Source: Octopus vulgaris
Taxonomy: Eukaryota
Assembly: GCA_951406725.2 (NCBI GenBank)
Contig: OX597823.1
Coordinates: 100,192,001-100,256,000 of the forward strand
Direction of reading: 5' to 3'
DNA length: 64,000 nucleotides
Shown piece by piece: positions 1 to 13,700 of this stretch. Both the position numbers and the translations under genes were made by a program. Under the pieces are notes generated by a model. It was not told the DNA's origin. It made no database searches and was given only the letters and a program-made list of their open reading frames with translations. Numbering within the stretch: the stretch's first letter is position 1; every line of letters begins with the position of its first letter.

Positions 1-60
1 TCGGACAAAATATCTAACGGCAATTAGTTACAGCCCTTTAAGTTCTGAGTTCAAATTCCG

Positions 61-280
61 AGCTGGCAGAAACGTTAGCACGTCGGGCGAAATGCCTAGC
101 GGCATTTCGTCTGCCGCAACGTTCTGAGTTCAAATTCCGCCGAGGTCGACTTTGCCTTTCATCCTTTCGGGGTCGATTAAATAAGTACCAGTTACTGGGG
201 TCGATATAATCGACTTAATCCGTTTGTCTGTCCTTGTTTGTCCTCTGTGTTTAGCCCCTTGTGGATAGTAAAGAAATAGG
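61..280 (+). mobile_element. tRNA-derived SINE (family A), copy 1
   Basis: B-box-like GAGTTCAAATTCC, central GTCGACTTTGCCTTTCATCCTTTCGGGGTCGA block and tail ending TTAGCCCCTTGTGG..TAAAGAAATA. Near-identical copies at 282-462 and 8368-8548. Confidence 0.85.
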
Positions 281-281
281 T

Positions 282-462
282 ATTTCGTCTGCCGTTACGT
301 TCTGAGTTCAAATTCCGCCGAGGTCGACTTTGCCTTTCATCCTTTCGGGGTCGATTAAATAAGTACCAGTTAATCACTGGGGTCGATGTAATCGACTTAA
401 TCCCCTTGTCTGTCCTTGTTTGTTCCCTCTATGTTTGGCCCTCTGTGGGCAATAAAGAAATA
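282..462 (+). mobile_element. tRNA-derived SINE (family A), 5'-truncated tandem copy 2
   Basis: Direct repeat of ~102-280, ending AATAAAGAAATA. Confidence 0.85.
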
Positions 463-467
463 TAAAA

Positions 468-539
<72 letters not shown>

Positions 540-540
<1 letters not shown>

Positions 541-770
541 TATGTTTGACTTTTGCATTATGTCTGTACAAGTTGGCTCCAAGTCTCACCCAGAGACCTC
601 AAGAGACAACAGGTTGGAAGTTCACGTTGTTGTTATGCCTAGTGTGCCATATATTTGGGGTTTTTTTGGTGTTGTACTAGTGAATGTCTAATACATAGAT
701 TTTTAAAAAAAGAAGTTTGTTTTAAACCTTGGGATTACATAGAGAGTATTTTGCGTAGGATATGAGCAGT
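540..770 (-). mobile_element. R4/Dong-type non-LTR retrotransposon 3' end
   Basis: Minus strand reads TAHILRKILSM* then a 3' UTR. (TAA)n on both sides. Similar to 845-1180. Confidence 0.75.
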
Positions 771-787
771 TATTATTATTATTATTA

Positions 788-1429
<642 letters not shown>

Positions 1430-1980
1430 GTAGTTTTATTTTTATAGCGTGCTTTCACTTCACTACCGAGCGCAGCTCTGTGTGCCTTAGGTATGTGCTG
1501 TGATTTGTTGTGATGCTCTGATGGTTATTGTATGGAAAGTGTTCTGCGTAGGATGTGTGCAGTGCCTAGTAGTGCAATTTTCTGTATGTTATGTGTTTGT
1601 AAGTCCTGGTGTTTTTGTTATGTATTTGTCTGAATATTTTTTTATCATGCCTAATGCACCTACTATGATAGGAATTGTTTCTGTTTTTAGATTCCACATT
1701 CTGGTTACCTCTATTTCCAGGTCTTTGTATTTTGAAAGTTTTTCCATTTCTTTTAGAGACACGTTGTCATCAGCCGGTATTGATACATCAATTAGAAAGC
1801 ATTTTTCTTCATGATCTCTGACAACTATATCTGGTCTGTTGGCCTTAATTTCTCTATCTGTGTGTATCGGCATATCCCAAAGTATGGTTGCTTTCTCATT
1901 TTCTGTGACCTTTTCTGGTGTGTGCCTATATCATCTTTTTTCTGTTGTTATTCCATAATGTTGGCATAGCTTCCAGTGTA
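1430..1980 (-). mobile_element. R4/Dong-type retrotransposon fragment with RLE (PD-D/ExK) endonuclease, second family
   Basis: ORF 1589-1873: NRPDIVV..CFLIDVSIP..EKLSKYKDL..IIVGALG. Frameshifted continuation IQKIALLGTAHILRRTLS*. Bounded by (TAA)n. Confidence 0.85.
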
Positions 1981-2013
1981 TTATTATTATTATTATTATT
2001 ATTGTTGTTGTTG

Positions 2014-2103
<90 letters not shown>

Positions 2104-2743
2104 TTAAAACTATGAATTTTTTTAGTTAATAACTAGGTGAAATGAAGATTGACAGCCACTATAATTTGATTTAAAATTCTTTTTATTTATTTTCAATATT
2201 CAGCTTCCCGTTTCTATTTCCTCTTTCTGTTTATTTCTGTTTATTTATTTTTGCACTTTATTTTCTTCCATTTTTTTTTACCCCTTTTCCTTACTTTCTT
2301 CGTTTCTGCTTTCGTTTACCACCACATCTAGTGAATATGTTTTATCAGACATTCCTTCAAGCTGCGCTGAATACTTTTCTTCGAGCAAAAAAGACATATA
2401 GAAAAAAATCGGTGTTTCAACAAACACAGAGTTTTTCCTCTAAACATACTTTTGTGAAGGGTCTGGAGACGTCTACAGATACAGGGAGAGGGGTATAAGT
2501 GAAGAAATTGGATGGAGGAATGAAGAAGAGTACATTACCACATCAATAGCATAAATATATGCAAATAACAATAACAAATACTTTATCAATACAAGCCAAC
2601 CATTCTCCTTTTATTTAATTTTTTTTTCTGATTACCACATATGATAAGTTGTCCTGAATTTTTCCAACTGTAATAATTCGTCCAGTAATTTTCCGGGTTT
2701 ATAATCTTAAGAATATTATTTCTCTTGCTCGCATTTTTCCATG

Positions 2744-2826
<83 letters not shown>

Positions 2827-2860
2827 TATACGTATATATATATAAATATATATATATATG

Positions 2861-2969
2861 TATCAAAAGAAAATCAGGACGCAAAGGATTTTGCGGTACA
2901 TATGTTTCGGGCTTTATTGAACAACTAATTCTTATATCAATGCATAGCTGATACAACAGATAGATCAAA
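2861..2969 (-). repeat. Inverted partial copy of the hammerhead element at 8932-9040
   Basis: Reverse complement of 8932-9040 with ~2 mismatches. Has the GAAA-CATATG-TA-CCGC half but lacks CTGAAGA. Confidence 0.85.
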
Positions 2970-3442
2970 TGCGTATATGGGCGGGACCATATGAATGTGT
3001 TTATCCTTATGCGTAAGTGTGTATGTATGGGTATATAGATGTGTATCTGCGCATGTATATGCATGTATGTTTATCTATGCGCACGTGTATGTATACGAAC
3101 CTGTGCGTGTGTATATATATATACAAGTGTGTGCATATGCATGTGTATGTATATATTGTGTATGTGCGCGTATGTACATTTGTATATGTGTTTATATGCA
3201 TGTACATGTACACGCGTGTATATGCGTGTGAATGGGTGTACAGGTTTCAGTGCATGTGGGTGTATATATGCATATGTGTATGTTTATGCATATGGGTATG
3301 TTTGTATATATGTGCTTATACTTATATGCACATATGGGCGTGTATATACGTACGTATGTATGCTTATGTATGTGTGTATATGTATATGTATGTGTATATT
3401 TATGTGTGTATATGTATGCCTGTATATGTATATGTATGTGTG

Positions 3443-3502
<60 letters not shown>

Positions 3503-4199
3503 TGAAATGCGTTTTTACCGCTTGGATCGCTTTCAATGCCACTACATCCCGTCCGATTCGCCCCAAAATTTACAGGGACATGTAGAATGAGGTGACGATG
3601 CCCGTGGGCTACCTCAGAAATCCCTATCTTGCTAGGGGCCATCTTCCTCACTCACGCTATTTCCTCCTTTCCCGCTCTTACTCCCCTTCATTTATAACTT
3701 TGAGAATTCCACTCCCGTTATTTAATGTATTCCCCTCAACTCCCTTTCACTTTCCCTTTATAAGTTCGTCAGACGGCTTTCTTTGATGTATCTGTCTGCA
3801 TTCATGGGGATAATTATCATCACTACCAACAACACACAATCATGAGAACAAATATTATGAATCAGATATTCATTGCGTTCATTTATATATGTGTGTGTGT
3901 GTGTCCGATATATAAATATGTATATATAATGTATATATACAAAGTGTATATATCTGTATTTATGTATATTAAACTTTTTAATACTTTTTGATAGTTATAT
4001 GTATTTTTAAACAAATTATAAATATAATTTGATAATTTTTATTTTAAATTTAAATAATTTAAATTTTTCAATTTTATATATTTTCTATATTATATTTTTA
4101 TTTTTATGTTTTTTTTTGGTTTTTTTTTGCCTATTAGTGGTTTTATCTCTAATTTAATTTATACATATATATATATAATTTGTATATATAATAATACTA

Positions 4200-5235
4200 T
4201 AATTTTTGTCACAAAGTGACTCTAATTGCAGGTAGATACAGGTAAATTCAACAAAATATAAAATTATTAAAATTTTATAGAAAAGGGGTTATTAGCTAAT
4301 ATTCAATTGGGTATACAACAAAATTTTACGATAGAATTTGTTATTCTGGGTAACTTTCTGATACCCATAATAATATTTATGGCAAAATAGTCTTAATTTC
4401 ATTTAAGGTTGTGGGAAACCACTAACTATCCTTTCTTTCGCTTTGTTTACATTTAGCGTAACGGTTCGTTTCCGCCGTAATGATTTCAAATAGGCTCATT
4501 CGAAAAAGTAAAAAGAAATAGTCTAAGGCTTTACTCTCCTGGGAAAGTCTGTGGCTTGGTCCAGTTTCTTCAGAAAAATCACCGAAAGAAACAGTTTTTC
4601 AATTTTCACTCCATTCAGGTGCCAATTCATTTTCTTTATCGCTGTCGGAGCTCTCGGATTCACTGTTTTCACTTTCGAAAAATGAAACATCAGATTCATT
4701 ATCAAATACCACGTGCTTTTTTTTTTTTTCAGTCATAGAGTTAGATTTATGAAGGTCTTCAGTAGAAAATCCTTCGAATACTGACTCGCTGCTTGCTATG
4801 ATGAAATTCGTATCCATTTTTTGTCAGAATTACAAAGTTTGAAAACACAATAGGAACAAATTTTGGAAAAAAATCTCCCAAAATTCACGGAATTAAAATT
4901 ACACTTCGATTGTTGTACAAAACTGTAGATGAACTGTTTACGAAGTATAATCACGTGTTTTCACGAATGTAATAAAGAGATTTGCTCTGATATTCTCATT
5001 TAAATATGAATAGGTAAATACGGGTGGGTTTGGGCGGTTTGGTCACATTAACCAAAATTTTTTTCGGGCGGCTTTGGCAAGTTTGCATGACAACTATTTT
5101 TTTCCTCAAATGAAAGGCGTGACCTCTAGGACAAAATTCCTCATCTTATAAAATGTGGCCCCAGTAGAACCGAATGAAATCGGGTTATATTAACCAAAAG
5201 GTGAAAAGGGGTATAAATGGGGCTGAAAGGGATTA
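4200..5235 (-). mobile_element. piggyBac-like DNA transposon remnant (transposase N-terminus)
   Basis: Acidic/Ser-rich N-terminus (ORF 4599-4817), then frameshifted KALDYFFLLF...EIITAETNRYAK, typical of piggyBac/PGBD. Right end reads TTAA-TCCCTTTCAG on the minus strand. Left boundary approximate. Confidence 0.6.
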
Positions 5236-5788
5236 AAATTTAAAGGAGCGAGTGTTTAGGAATTCTCTGTTGCATCAAGCTAAAACATTTGCGCCAGCCT
5301 TTTAATCTTCAATGTGATGAAGATGTTTTGAATGCTTGCCATGGTGAGACTACTGTCGTGAGAAAGAATCACTTCAAAACTTGGTGTTTACGAATTTTCT
5401 TTTACATCAAGTTCAAAATTTTACGCCAGCCGTTAAACTGTCCGTCGTTAAGAAATGCCAGTCATGGTGACTCTACTATCCTCAAATTCTATCCCTTCAA
5501 ACTTTGATTTGCAATATTTTATTATTTTTATTCAACTCGCAAGTTCGTCTGTCCCTTTTAAATGTTAGCGTTTTGCTGTCTGCCTTGAAGCAGACCTTTC
5601 CGTTGCCACTGCCTGATATTTATGATTGATCTTTCTAATTATTTTATTTCTCAACTTACTCAAGATCTTTTGTTGTTTATAAATGGGAGAGAGATAGATA
5701 AAGATAGAGAGTAAGAGAAAGCGAGGGAGAGTCCGAGAGAAAAGAAAAGTAAGAGAGTGGGAAAGTGAGAGAGAAACAAAGAGGGAGA

Positions 5789-6095
5789 ATCATCATCATC
5801 ATCGTTTAACGTCCATTTTCCGTGCTAGCACGGGTTTGACAGTTTGACCGGGGTCTGGGAAGCCAGGAGGCTGCACCAGGCTCCAGTCTGATCTGGCAGT
5901 GTTTCTACAGGTGGATGACCTTCCTAACGCCTACCACTCTGTGAGTGTAGTGGGTGCTTTTTTCGTACCGCCGGCACAGGTGCCAGGGGGGCTCGCAGCG
6001 GCAACGATCGGTTGGTGATTTTTACGTGCCACTGGCACAGAAGCCAGTCAAGGCGGCGCTGCAATCGGCCACATTCGGATGGTGCTTTTTACGTG
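5789..6095 (-). mobile_element. SINE-like element 3' part with (GAT)n tail (family B)
   Basis: Reverse-complement homologue of 32130-32373 (GGCGTTAGGAAGG..ATCC block; tail GGACGTTAAACGATGATGATG). Confidence 0.75.
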
Positions 6096-6164
6096 CTGAA
6101 AGGAAGCAACAGAAAGTAACAACCACACTCTTACCCGCGCGTAGAGCGGGTCACCTTCAGCTAG
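6096..6164 (+). mobile_element. Helitron 3' terminus fragment
   Basis: Hairpin ACCCGC/GCGGGT (6133-6151), then CTAG|T at 6161-6165. Confidence 0.5.
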
Positions 6165-6294
6165 TATATATATATATATATATAAATAGATGAGTGTATT
6201 TTTACCTTGTTAACAATTAATAGCGTTCAGTCAATAGCTATACAAATCCATTATTTTTGGCTAAAATGACTTATTGACGAGTTTCGTTTTTTTC

Positions 6295-6380
6295 ACTTTC
6301 CTGAAGAGAAGATTGCATTGTTTATACCATTTATTCTTTTGAATAGTATCAGTGGAATTTTCGAAACATGTGTCGAAAGT
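6295..6380 (+). ncRNA. Type I hammerhead ribozyme (Penelope-type)
   Basis: Stem I ACTTTC/GAAAGT, CTGAAGA, stem II GAAGATT/AATTTTC, GAAA, C-ATGT-G, TC. Confidence 0.8.
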
Positions 6381-6478
6381 AAAAATATTTGATTTACACC
6401 TGCGTTAAACTCCATTTATTTATTCATATATATATATATATACTACTACTATATATATATATATACTACTACTACTAC

Positions 6479-6546
<68 letters not shown>

Positions 6547-6656
6547 TGTGTGTATATGCGTATATGTATATATAATTATATACGTGTAGTTTTGTGTATG
6601 TGTATGTGTACGTATATATGTGTGTATCTGTGTATATATATATATATACATATATA

Positions 6657-7050
6657 CTAGCAGTATCGCCCGGCGTTGCTCGGGTTTGTAAGGGAAATAA
6701 CTATATAAGCATTTATAGAGAGTTACTTCCCTTATATAAACCGAGCGAAAATGCATTAAAAATGCGGAAAAATTATGGTAAATTTTTTTTTAAATCGTAG
6801 ACTCATCGTAGACGCGAGTTACTTCCCTTATATAATAGAAAAAAAATGCATTAAAAATGGGAAAAAATTATGGTAATTTTTTTTTTAATTCGTAGACTCA
6901 TCGTAGACGCGCGCTAATACCCAGAAGGGCTCGATATGAATCACGACTATAAGATACCCGCTTTAGGTTAAACTGCACCGCAAAATGTGGAGTAGTTAGG
7001 AATCTAAATCGTAGGAGACAGACACACAACTTCACTTTTATATATAAAGA
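6657..7050 (-). mobile_element. Non-autonomous Helitron
   Basis: Minus strand starts A|TC at 7050 and ends with hairpin CCCGAGCAACGCCGGG then CTAG|T at 6657. Internal ~100-bp tandem duplication. Confidence 0.75.
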
Positions 7051-7051
7051 T

Positions 7052-7797
7052 ATACAAAATTTAAAGGATAGACCACTAAAAGTGGACGGTCAACATGCTA
7101 GATATAGACGTCAAATCGCTATTTTCCACAAAGAATATGTTTCTAGCATGTTGACCGTCCACTTTTAGTGGTCAGTCCTTTAAATTTTGTATGTAAAAAT
7201 ATTTCAATCTTCGGATTTTTTTAATATGTTGGGCCACTGCTTTTAATTGATTAATATCAATTTCTACCCTTATTAAATTTTAAATTAAATAAATATGTTC
7301 TCTAACCGGTAAATTGACTGCTTCTACTTATTAGCTGCAGGGTGGTTTTTCCGATCTCTTCGCGCCAAAGTGAAGGCATTTGAAAGATACACAAAAATAT
7401 AATCGGTTGAACACCATGCATGCGAGACTCCGGTCAAACGTTTTTGCATCTAGTCCTGCAAATTGTATTTTTATATGATAGACCATGCTGACGAGATTGC
7501 AGTTTATCCTTGCAGATATTAACAATCGATACTGATCGGTACATGGGTAATCATTTTTATTTCGTATATTTTCATTTGTCTTGCTTATTTTTAATGCTTT
7601 GGTTTGTGCTGAGTTTTTATTTGAGAACATATTCTTTGTGGAAAATAGCGAATTGACGTCTATATCTAGCATGTTGACCGTCCACTTTTAGTGGTCAGTC
7701 CTTTAAATTTTGTATGTAAAAATATTTTAATCTTCGGATTTTATTAATATGCTGGGCCACTGGTTTTAATTGATTAATATCAATTTCTACCCTTATT

Positions 7798-7802
<5 letters not shown>
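7052..7802 (+). mobile_element. Penelope-like non-coding element with inverted 5' piece and direct terminal repeats
   Basis: 7052-7141 is inverted relative to 7626-7715, and 7142-7280 is a direct repeat of 7665-7802. Internal hammerhead. Ends in (TA)n. Confidence 0.7.
7483..7546 (+). ncRNA. Type I hammerhead ribozyme with GAUA instead of GAAA
   Basis: CCATG/CATGG, CTGACGA, GATTG/CAATC, GATA, C-TGATCG-G, TA. Confidence 0.65.
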
Positions 7803-7858
<56 letters not shown>

Positions 7859-8367
7859 GTGTGTGTTTATGTATGTGTGTATATGTTGATTGAGGATGAC
7901 ATGGACTGTATAATAACACCGGCTTCCAGACTACCACCAGACGCATTTCTATGTGTGAAAGTAGATAAGTATATAGACACACACGTACATACAGACTTTT
8001 AGACTTAGAACATGTGGCTTAAGACTGCCACCAAATTACCATTCGCCCACTACTATATCGCTCCCCACCCCAGATAATTAAAAATAATTTACGACACTCA
8101 CCACGGCATCAAAACTCTAACCCATCATCTCTAACCGCCATGTATTCTTCTGTATCTCTTTATTTTTATCTCACTTTATCTTTATGTTCACCTTTTTATT
8201 TTTTTATTTTTCGTCTTTATTTTTCGCTTTTTATCTCTTATTTTTTAAATTTTTTATTTTGTTTTATCTTTTACCCTTTATTTCTTGTACCTTTTACACT
8301 TTCACAATACATTTCTAGAATTTATGACCCTATACGTGACGTCCTTTGTATCTTTATATACTTATTT

Positions 8368-8548
8368 CTTCGTCTGTCGTTACGTTGTGAGTTCAAATTC
8401 CGCCGTGGTCGACTTTGCCTTTCATCCTTTCGGGGTCGATAAATAAAGTACCAGTTACGCATTGGGGTCGATGTAATTGACTTAATCCCTTTGTCTGTCC
8501 TTGTTTGTCCCTTCTATGTCTAGCCCCTTGTGGGCAATAAAGAAATAT
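8368..8548 (+). mobile_element. tRNA-derived SINE (family A), 5'-truncated
   Basis: Homologous to 282-462. Confidence 0.85.
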
Positions 8549-8915
8549 ATACTTATTTCTTTACATCTTTACTTTTCTTATTACATTTTTTTATTATATT
8601 TTATATTTATTATTACCCTTTATAATTATGTTTAAATTTATATATATTTTTTTTTCTTTTTTGTGATCCCAAATTCATTAAAGCTTCACCTTTTCCCCTC
8701 CTCTCCTCTTTCTCTCAACATCCAATTCCTTCCCCTATATGAAGTAATCTACCCAGTATTCAATCTTTACCGAGTGAAGAAACGGTATGGACGATTTGTT
8801 TTGGAGTCTCGCAATACCTCTGAGGATTTACTTTCCCAATGAAACTCGGTTTTTTCTCAAACTCTTTCTCAAACCTGTTATAATGTGATACAAGTCTTTG
8901 GTGAGGTAACTGTAC

Positions 8916-9008
8916 GCGGCTGAAGAAGGCTTTTGATCTATCTGTTGTATCAACTATGCATTGATATAAGAATTAGTTGTTCAATAAAGCCCGAAACATA
9001 TGTACCGC
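8916..9008 (+). ncRNA. Type I hammerhead ribozyme
   Basis: GCGG/CCGC, CTGAAGA, GGCTTT/AAAGCC, GAAA, palindromic CATATG, TA. Confidence 0.8.
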
Positions 9009-9105
9009 AAAATCCTTTGCGTCCTGTTTTTCTTTTGATACATAAATCCTATCACCTATACAGGTGCTTACATTTATCAAGTATTCACCCTGAATTTATC
9101 GTACC

Positions 9106-9519
<414 letters not shown>

Positions 9520-9520
9520 G

Positions 9521-9861
9521 AAGGCGCATGGCTCAGTGGTTAGAGCGTCGAGCTTACGATCGTGAGGTTGTGAGCTCGAATCCCGGACCGGGCTGCGTGT
9601 TGTGTTCTTGAGCAAGGCACTTTATTTCACGTTGCTCCAGTTCACTCAGCTGTAGAAATGAGTTGCGACGTCACTGGTGCCAAGCTGTATCGACCTTTGT
9701 CTTTCCCTTAGATAACACTGGTGGCGTGGAGAGGGGAGGCTGGTATGCATGGGCGACTGCTGGTCTTCCATAAACAACCTTGCCCGGACTTGTGTCTAGG
9801 AGGGTAACTTTCTAGGTGCAATCCCATGGTCATTCATGACCGAAGGGGGTCTTTACCCTTT
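9521..9861 (+). mobile_element. tRNA-derived SINE (family C) with CORE/Nin-like middle domain
   Basis: A box TGGCTCAGTGG, B-box-like GAGCTCGAATCCC, middle GTGTTCTTGAGCAAGGCACTTTA..CTGTAGAAATG. 3' part recurs at 34222-34337. Confidence 0.8.
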
Positions 9862-9867
9862 ATATAT

Positions 9868-10342
9868 AGTAATACTAAGCAATTAAGGGTTTAGCAACGA
9901 ATTGCCTCACCACACACCGAATTTAGAAATAGCAGTCAAAGAGTTATAGCTATTCTTTCTACTAAAAGGGAGATCTCAGTAAAAGTTTGGGTAAGGTAGA
10001 ATTATCTAATTCTTATGCTTTCCTAAAACTTGATTTCGAAACGTACGTCCGTAGGTGACTTAAAATTGTATGATAGATTGCCGTCATTTCATTCTCTCTT
10101 ACCTGTCTGTGTTTGCCTTTCAAGTGCTGTGTTTTTACTGAGATCTCCCTTTTAGTAGAAAGAATAGCTATAACTCTTTGACTGCTATTTCTAAATTCGG
10201 TGTGTGGTGAGGCAATTCGTTGCTAAACCCTTAATTGCTTAGTATTACTTAAATTTTCCTCGAATGAGGCTTTTACATGCCGAAATCTACTTGGTGTTAT
10301 TAATAATTATTCCAAATTAATTAATTTCACCCTTTATTGTTA

Positions 10343-10346
<4 letters not shown>
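9868..10346 (+). mobile_element. Penelope-like 3'-end element with inverted duplication
   Basis: Inverted arms 9868-9984 and 10133-10249, with the right side extending ~100 bp further. Hammerhead 3' half GAAACGTACGTC near 10038. TA flanks. Confidence 0.7.
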
Positions 10347-10378
<32 letters not shown>

Positions 10379-10567
10379 AATTAGTAAATAAATGGCACAA
10401 CTAAGTACCGATATTTACTGGAAATAGCGAACGTAAAAATACGACGCTAATGTGTAGCTTCACCGCGTATGTATTAGCAAAAATGCGTGTGTGCAACAAA
10501 TTAGAGAAAAAAAACCGTCTTACCTCCAGGGAGAACATCTGAAAGATGAAACACCCGGAAAAGGATA

Positions 10568-10645
10568 ATGTGGTACCTGCAGGTTTCAGGTTTTACAAGA
10601 TATGTCTCTCACCCATATTTTGTTTTACCTTCATCAGCCAAACAT
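10568..10645 (-). ncRNA. Type I hammerhead ribozyme
   Basis: Minus strand: TGG/CCA (extends ATGT/ACAT), CTGATGA, AGGT/ACCT, GAAA, palindromic CCTGCAGG, TA. Confidence 0.8.
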
Positions 10646-10746
10646 ATACCAAGACGAAATCTACGATGTTACCACATTAATACTAACACACTCGACTGAA
10701 ATGCGGAACGCTAACAGTACGAGAAACGTATATATATATATATATA

Positions 10747-13700
10747 TCCTTAAATCCTTAAATCCTTAAAAATGTTTTAGCCTGAAGGCCGCGGCCATGC
10801 TGGGGCACCACCGCTGAATGAGCTACACTAATATGTGAATCCACCTCTGATACGTGGCACTTGATCAACAAGGGAGTTCGATGCTGCTGCCCGTATGTAC
10901 GTCTCCTGTCGTGAGGTGGGTTCATCTGGGACCCCCGACAAGAAGAGATCCAGTTTAGTTTTAAAGAAACCCACATCCACACCATGTAAGTCTCTCAGGC
11001 ATTTAGGGAGGATGATAAAGAGCTGTGGTCCTCTGAGACCCAAGCTGTTTCAGTATCTGGACCTGTATTTTGATGGTGATGTTGGAATCTTTGGCATCAT
11101 GCAGTGGCGCCCCGTTCTGCGGTTGGGGTAACTTTGAATGCCAAAGTTTGGGACAAGACCCTCCAGGATTTTCCAGATGTATATCACCGCATATCTCTCC
11201 CGCCGCCGCTCTAGGGAGAAGAGGTTTAATACTTTCAGTCTTTCCCAGTAGCTGGTATTTTGCATTGAGACGATCTTCTTTGTGTAGCTTCTTTGAATTG
11301 CTTCGAGTTCTGCTGTTAGTTTTATATTGTGTGGTGACCATAGTTGGGAGCAGTAGTCCAAGCGGCTGAGGACGAATGTTTTCAGTGTCTCCTTCTCTCT
11401 TGTTCTGAAAGTTCGGAGAATCCATCCAGCTAGCCGTCTGCATTTTATCACCAGATTAGTAAAATGCACTTGGAAAGATGCACCATTGCTCATGTCAATG
11501 CCCAGGTCACGCACTGATTTTGACTCAGGGATTGCAATTCTTCCTGGGCCAGTGTATCCAGTCTTCACGTCGTTTACCTTTGTGTGCCGGTAGCGCAGGG
11601 CCTGGAACTTACCTGCATTAAACTGCATGTTGTTGTCCTCAGCCCACCTGTATATTGTATCCAAATCCTGTTGCAGATGCACAATATTTTCAGGGTTTTG
11701 TATTGTGTGGGAGACTTTTGTGTCATCTGCATAGCTAGCTAGGGTGGCTATCGTAGCAACTGAAGGCATGTCTTAAAGGGCCACTATGAACAGCAGTGGC
11801 CCCAAGACAGTGCCCTGTGGAACACCGCTTGTTATTTGTGTTTCCTTGGAGGTGGCTCCATTGCTCATAACTACCTATCTTCTGTCTTTTAGGAAGTTGT
11901 GCAGCCACTCTCCAAGTTTTCCGCCTGTGCCGAGACCACGCAGTTTGTGACAGATCATACAGTGGTCGACTAAATCAAAGGCTTTTGCAAAGTCGAGATA
12001 TATTACATCCACATTTGAGTCATTTAGTAGCTGTCTTAACACCCAGTCATAGTGTTGCAGAAGCTGTGTTAGGCAGCTTCTACCTGGTCGAAATCCATGC
12101 TGGGTGTCAGTCAGCAAGTCATTTTCTTCAAGGAACATGATTAGTTTCTTACGGACTATTCGTTCCATGACTTTGCTGATGTGTGAGGTCAGAGAGATAG
12201 GCCTATAATTTTTAGCATCTGCTCTGCTACCTCCCTTATGGATAGGGCATATTACCCCCTCTTTCAATTTGACTGGGAGATTACCACTTGCAAGAAAGCT
12301 CTGAAAAAGAAGCTGTAGCGGTTTTGCAAGGGCTCGTTTGCACGATTTGAGAAGGATCGCTGGAAATCCATCAGGTCCAGCAGCTGAGTTTTTTGTCAAT
12401 CTCATCTATGGCTAGTGTGATATCATCATCTTCAATGTTGATGTACTCAATTTTTGCCTCTTTGGCCGCAGGTAAAGTGGCAAAGAATTCTTCTGGGTTG
12501 TTTACTTGCCTGTGTCCTAGAGGTGTAGTGAACACACTTTTGAATTGTTCGTTCAGTATTTCACTTATCCTCGTGGGATTTCCTGTGAGAGAGCCATCTT
12601 TTTGGAAGAGAGGTCCTATTCTCTGGTGCACTGTGGCTGTCTCTTTGGCAAACTTAAAGAAAGCTTTAGGGTTTGATTTTATATTTTCTATTACCCAAGC
12701 TTCTTTATCTGCTCTCTCCTTTTCATGGGACTGATGCAGGCTTTTCTCAATTTCCATTAGCATTCTCTCGAGCCGAGACTTCTCACCACTTTTGGTGTGC
12801 TTGCTCAGGCGGTTCGCAATCATTGTCCGTCGTCTCATAAGAAACTTCCTTTCTCTGGGGATCCTGTTTTTGCTTTTGTGTGTGCTGGCCCTGCACACTG
12901 GGACATATTTGTCACATATGGCTTGTATTATTGATATGAAGTGTTTGTGTTTCATGTTAATGTCCGGTGTGGAGAGACATTTAGGCCAATCCTGTTTGAG
13001 GATTTCTTTCTCAATCAACTTCCAGTTTGCTTTATAAAAGTTTAAGTTCGAGAGATGGTGGATGCTTCGTATAGGCTGTGTGTTTACGGGGGCTTTTGGT
13101 CCATACATAGACAGCTCTATTATGTTGTGATCCGAGATCATTGTCGGCATCACTTTAACATTATGGATAATATCCATATTGTTTGTGAAGTAGTGATCCA
13201 GTATACTATCTGCCCTTGTTGGTTGCAGAACTATTTGCTCCATGAAAGAGGCATTTGTGAGATGGAGCAGGGATTCTGCCTGTGCCTGCTGATGGTGTGT
13301 CATCCCTGAGAGCATCTGCCCCCCAGGCCATTCCACATTGGGGAAGTTAAAGTCACCCATGAAGAATACACTGTTGTGTTGTTCAAGGTTGGTGAGGACT
13401 TCTCCTATTTTTGTTAGGCAGTCTTCAAACATGCTTGAGTGATTTGGGGCATCTGGTGGGCGATATGTAGTGCATATGACGATATTCAGTTGTCTTATGT
13501 GTACAATTTGAGTGTCACACACTGAGTTTGAATATGACAACAGGACCTATGGCGTGAGGTCATCTCGGATGTACATTGCAACTCCACCATGGCTCCTCCC
13601 TTTTCTATCTGAGCGTATGACTGCATATTGCGGCATGTGTATTTCTGCATCCCCTATATCGGGTCCAAGATGCGTTTCTGTGAGTGCCATGCATATAGCT

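Noticed and set aside
2699-3651. YI/CV/HT-rich ORFs here and throughout the window
   Set aside because: Translations of TA, TG, CATA and GATA microsatellites.
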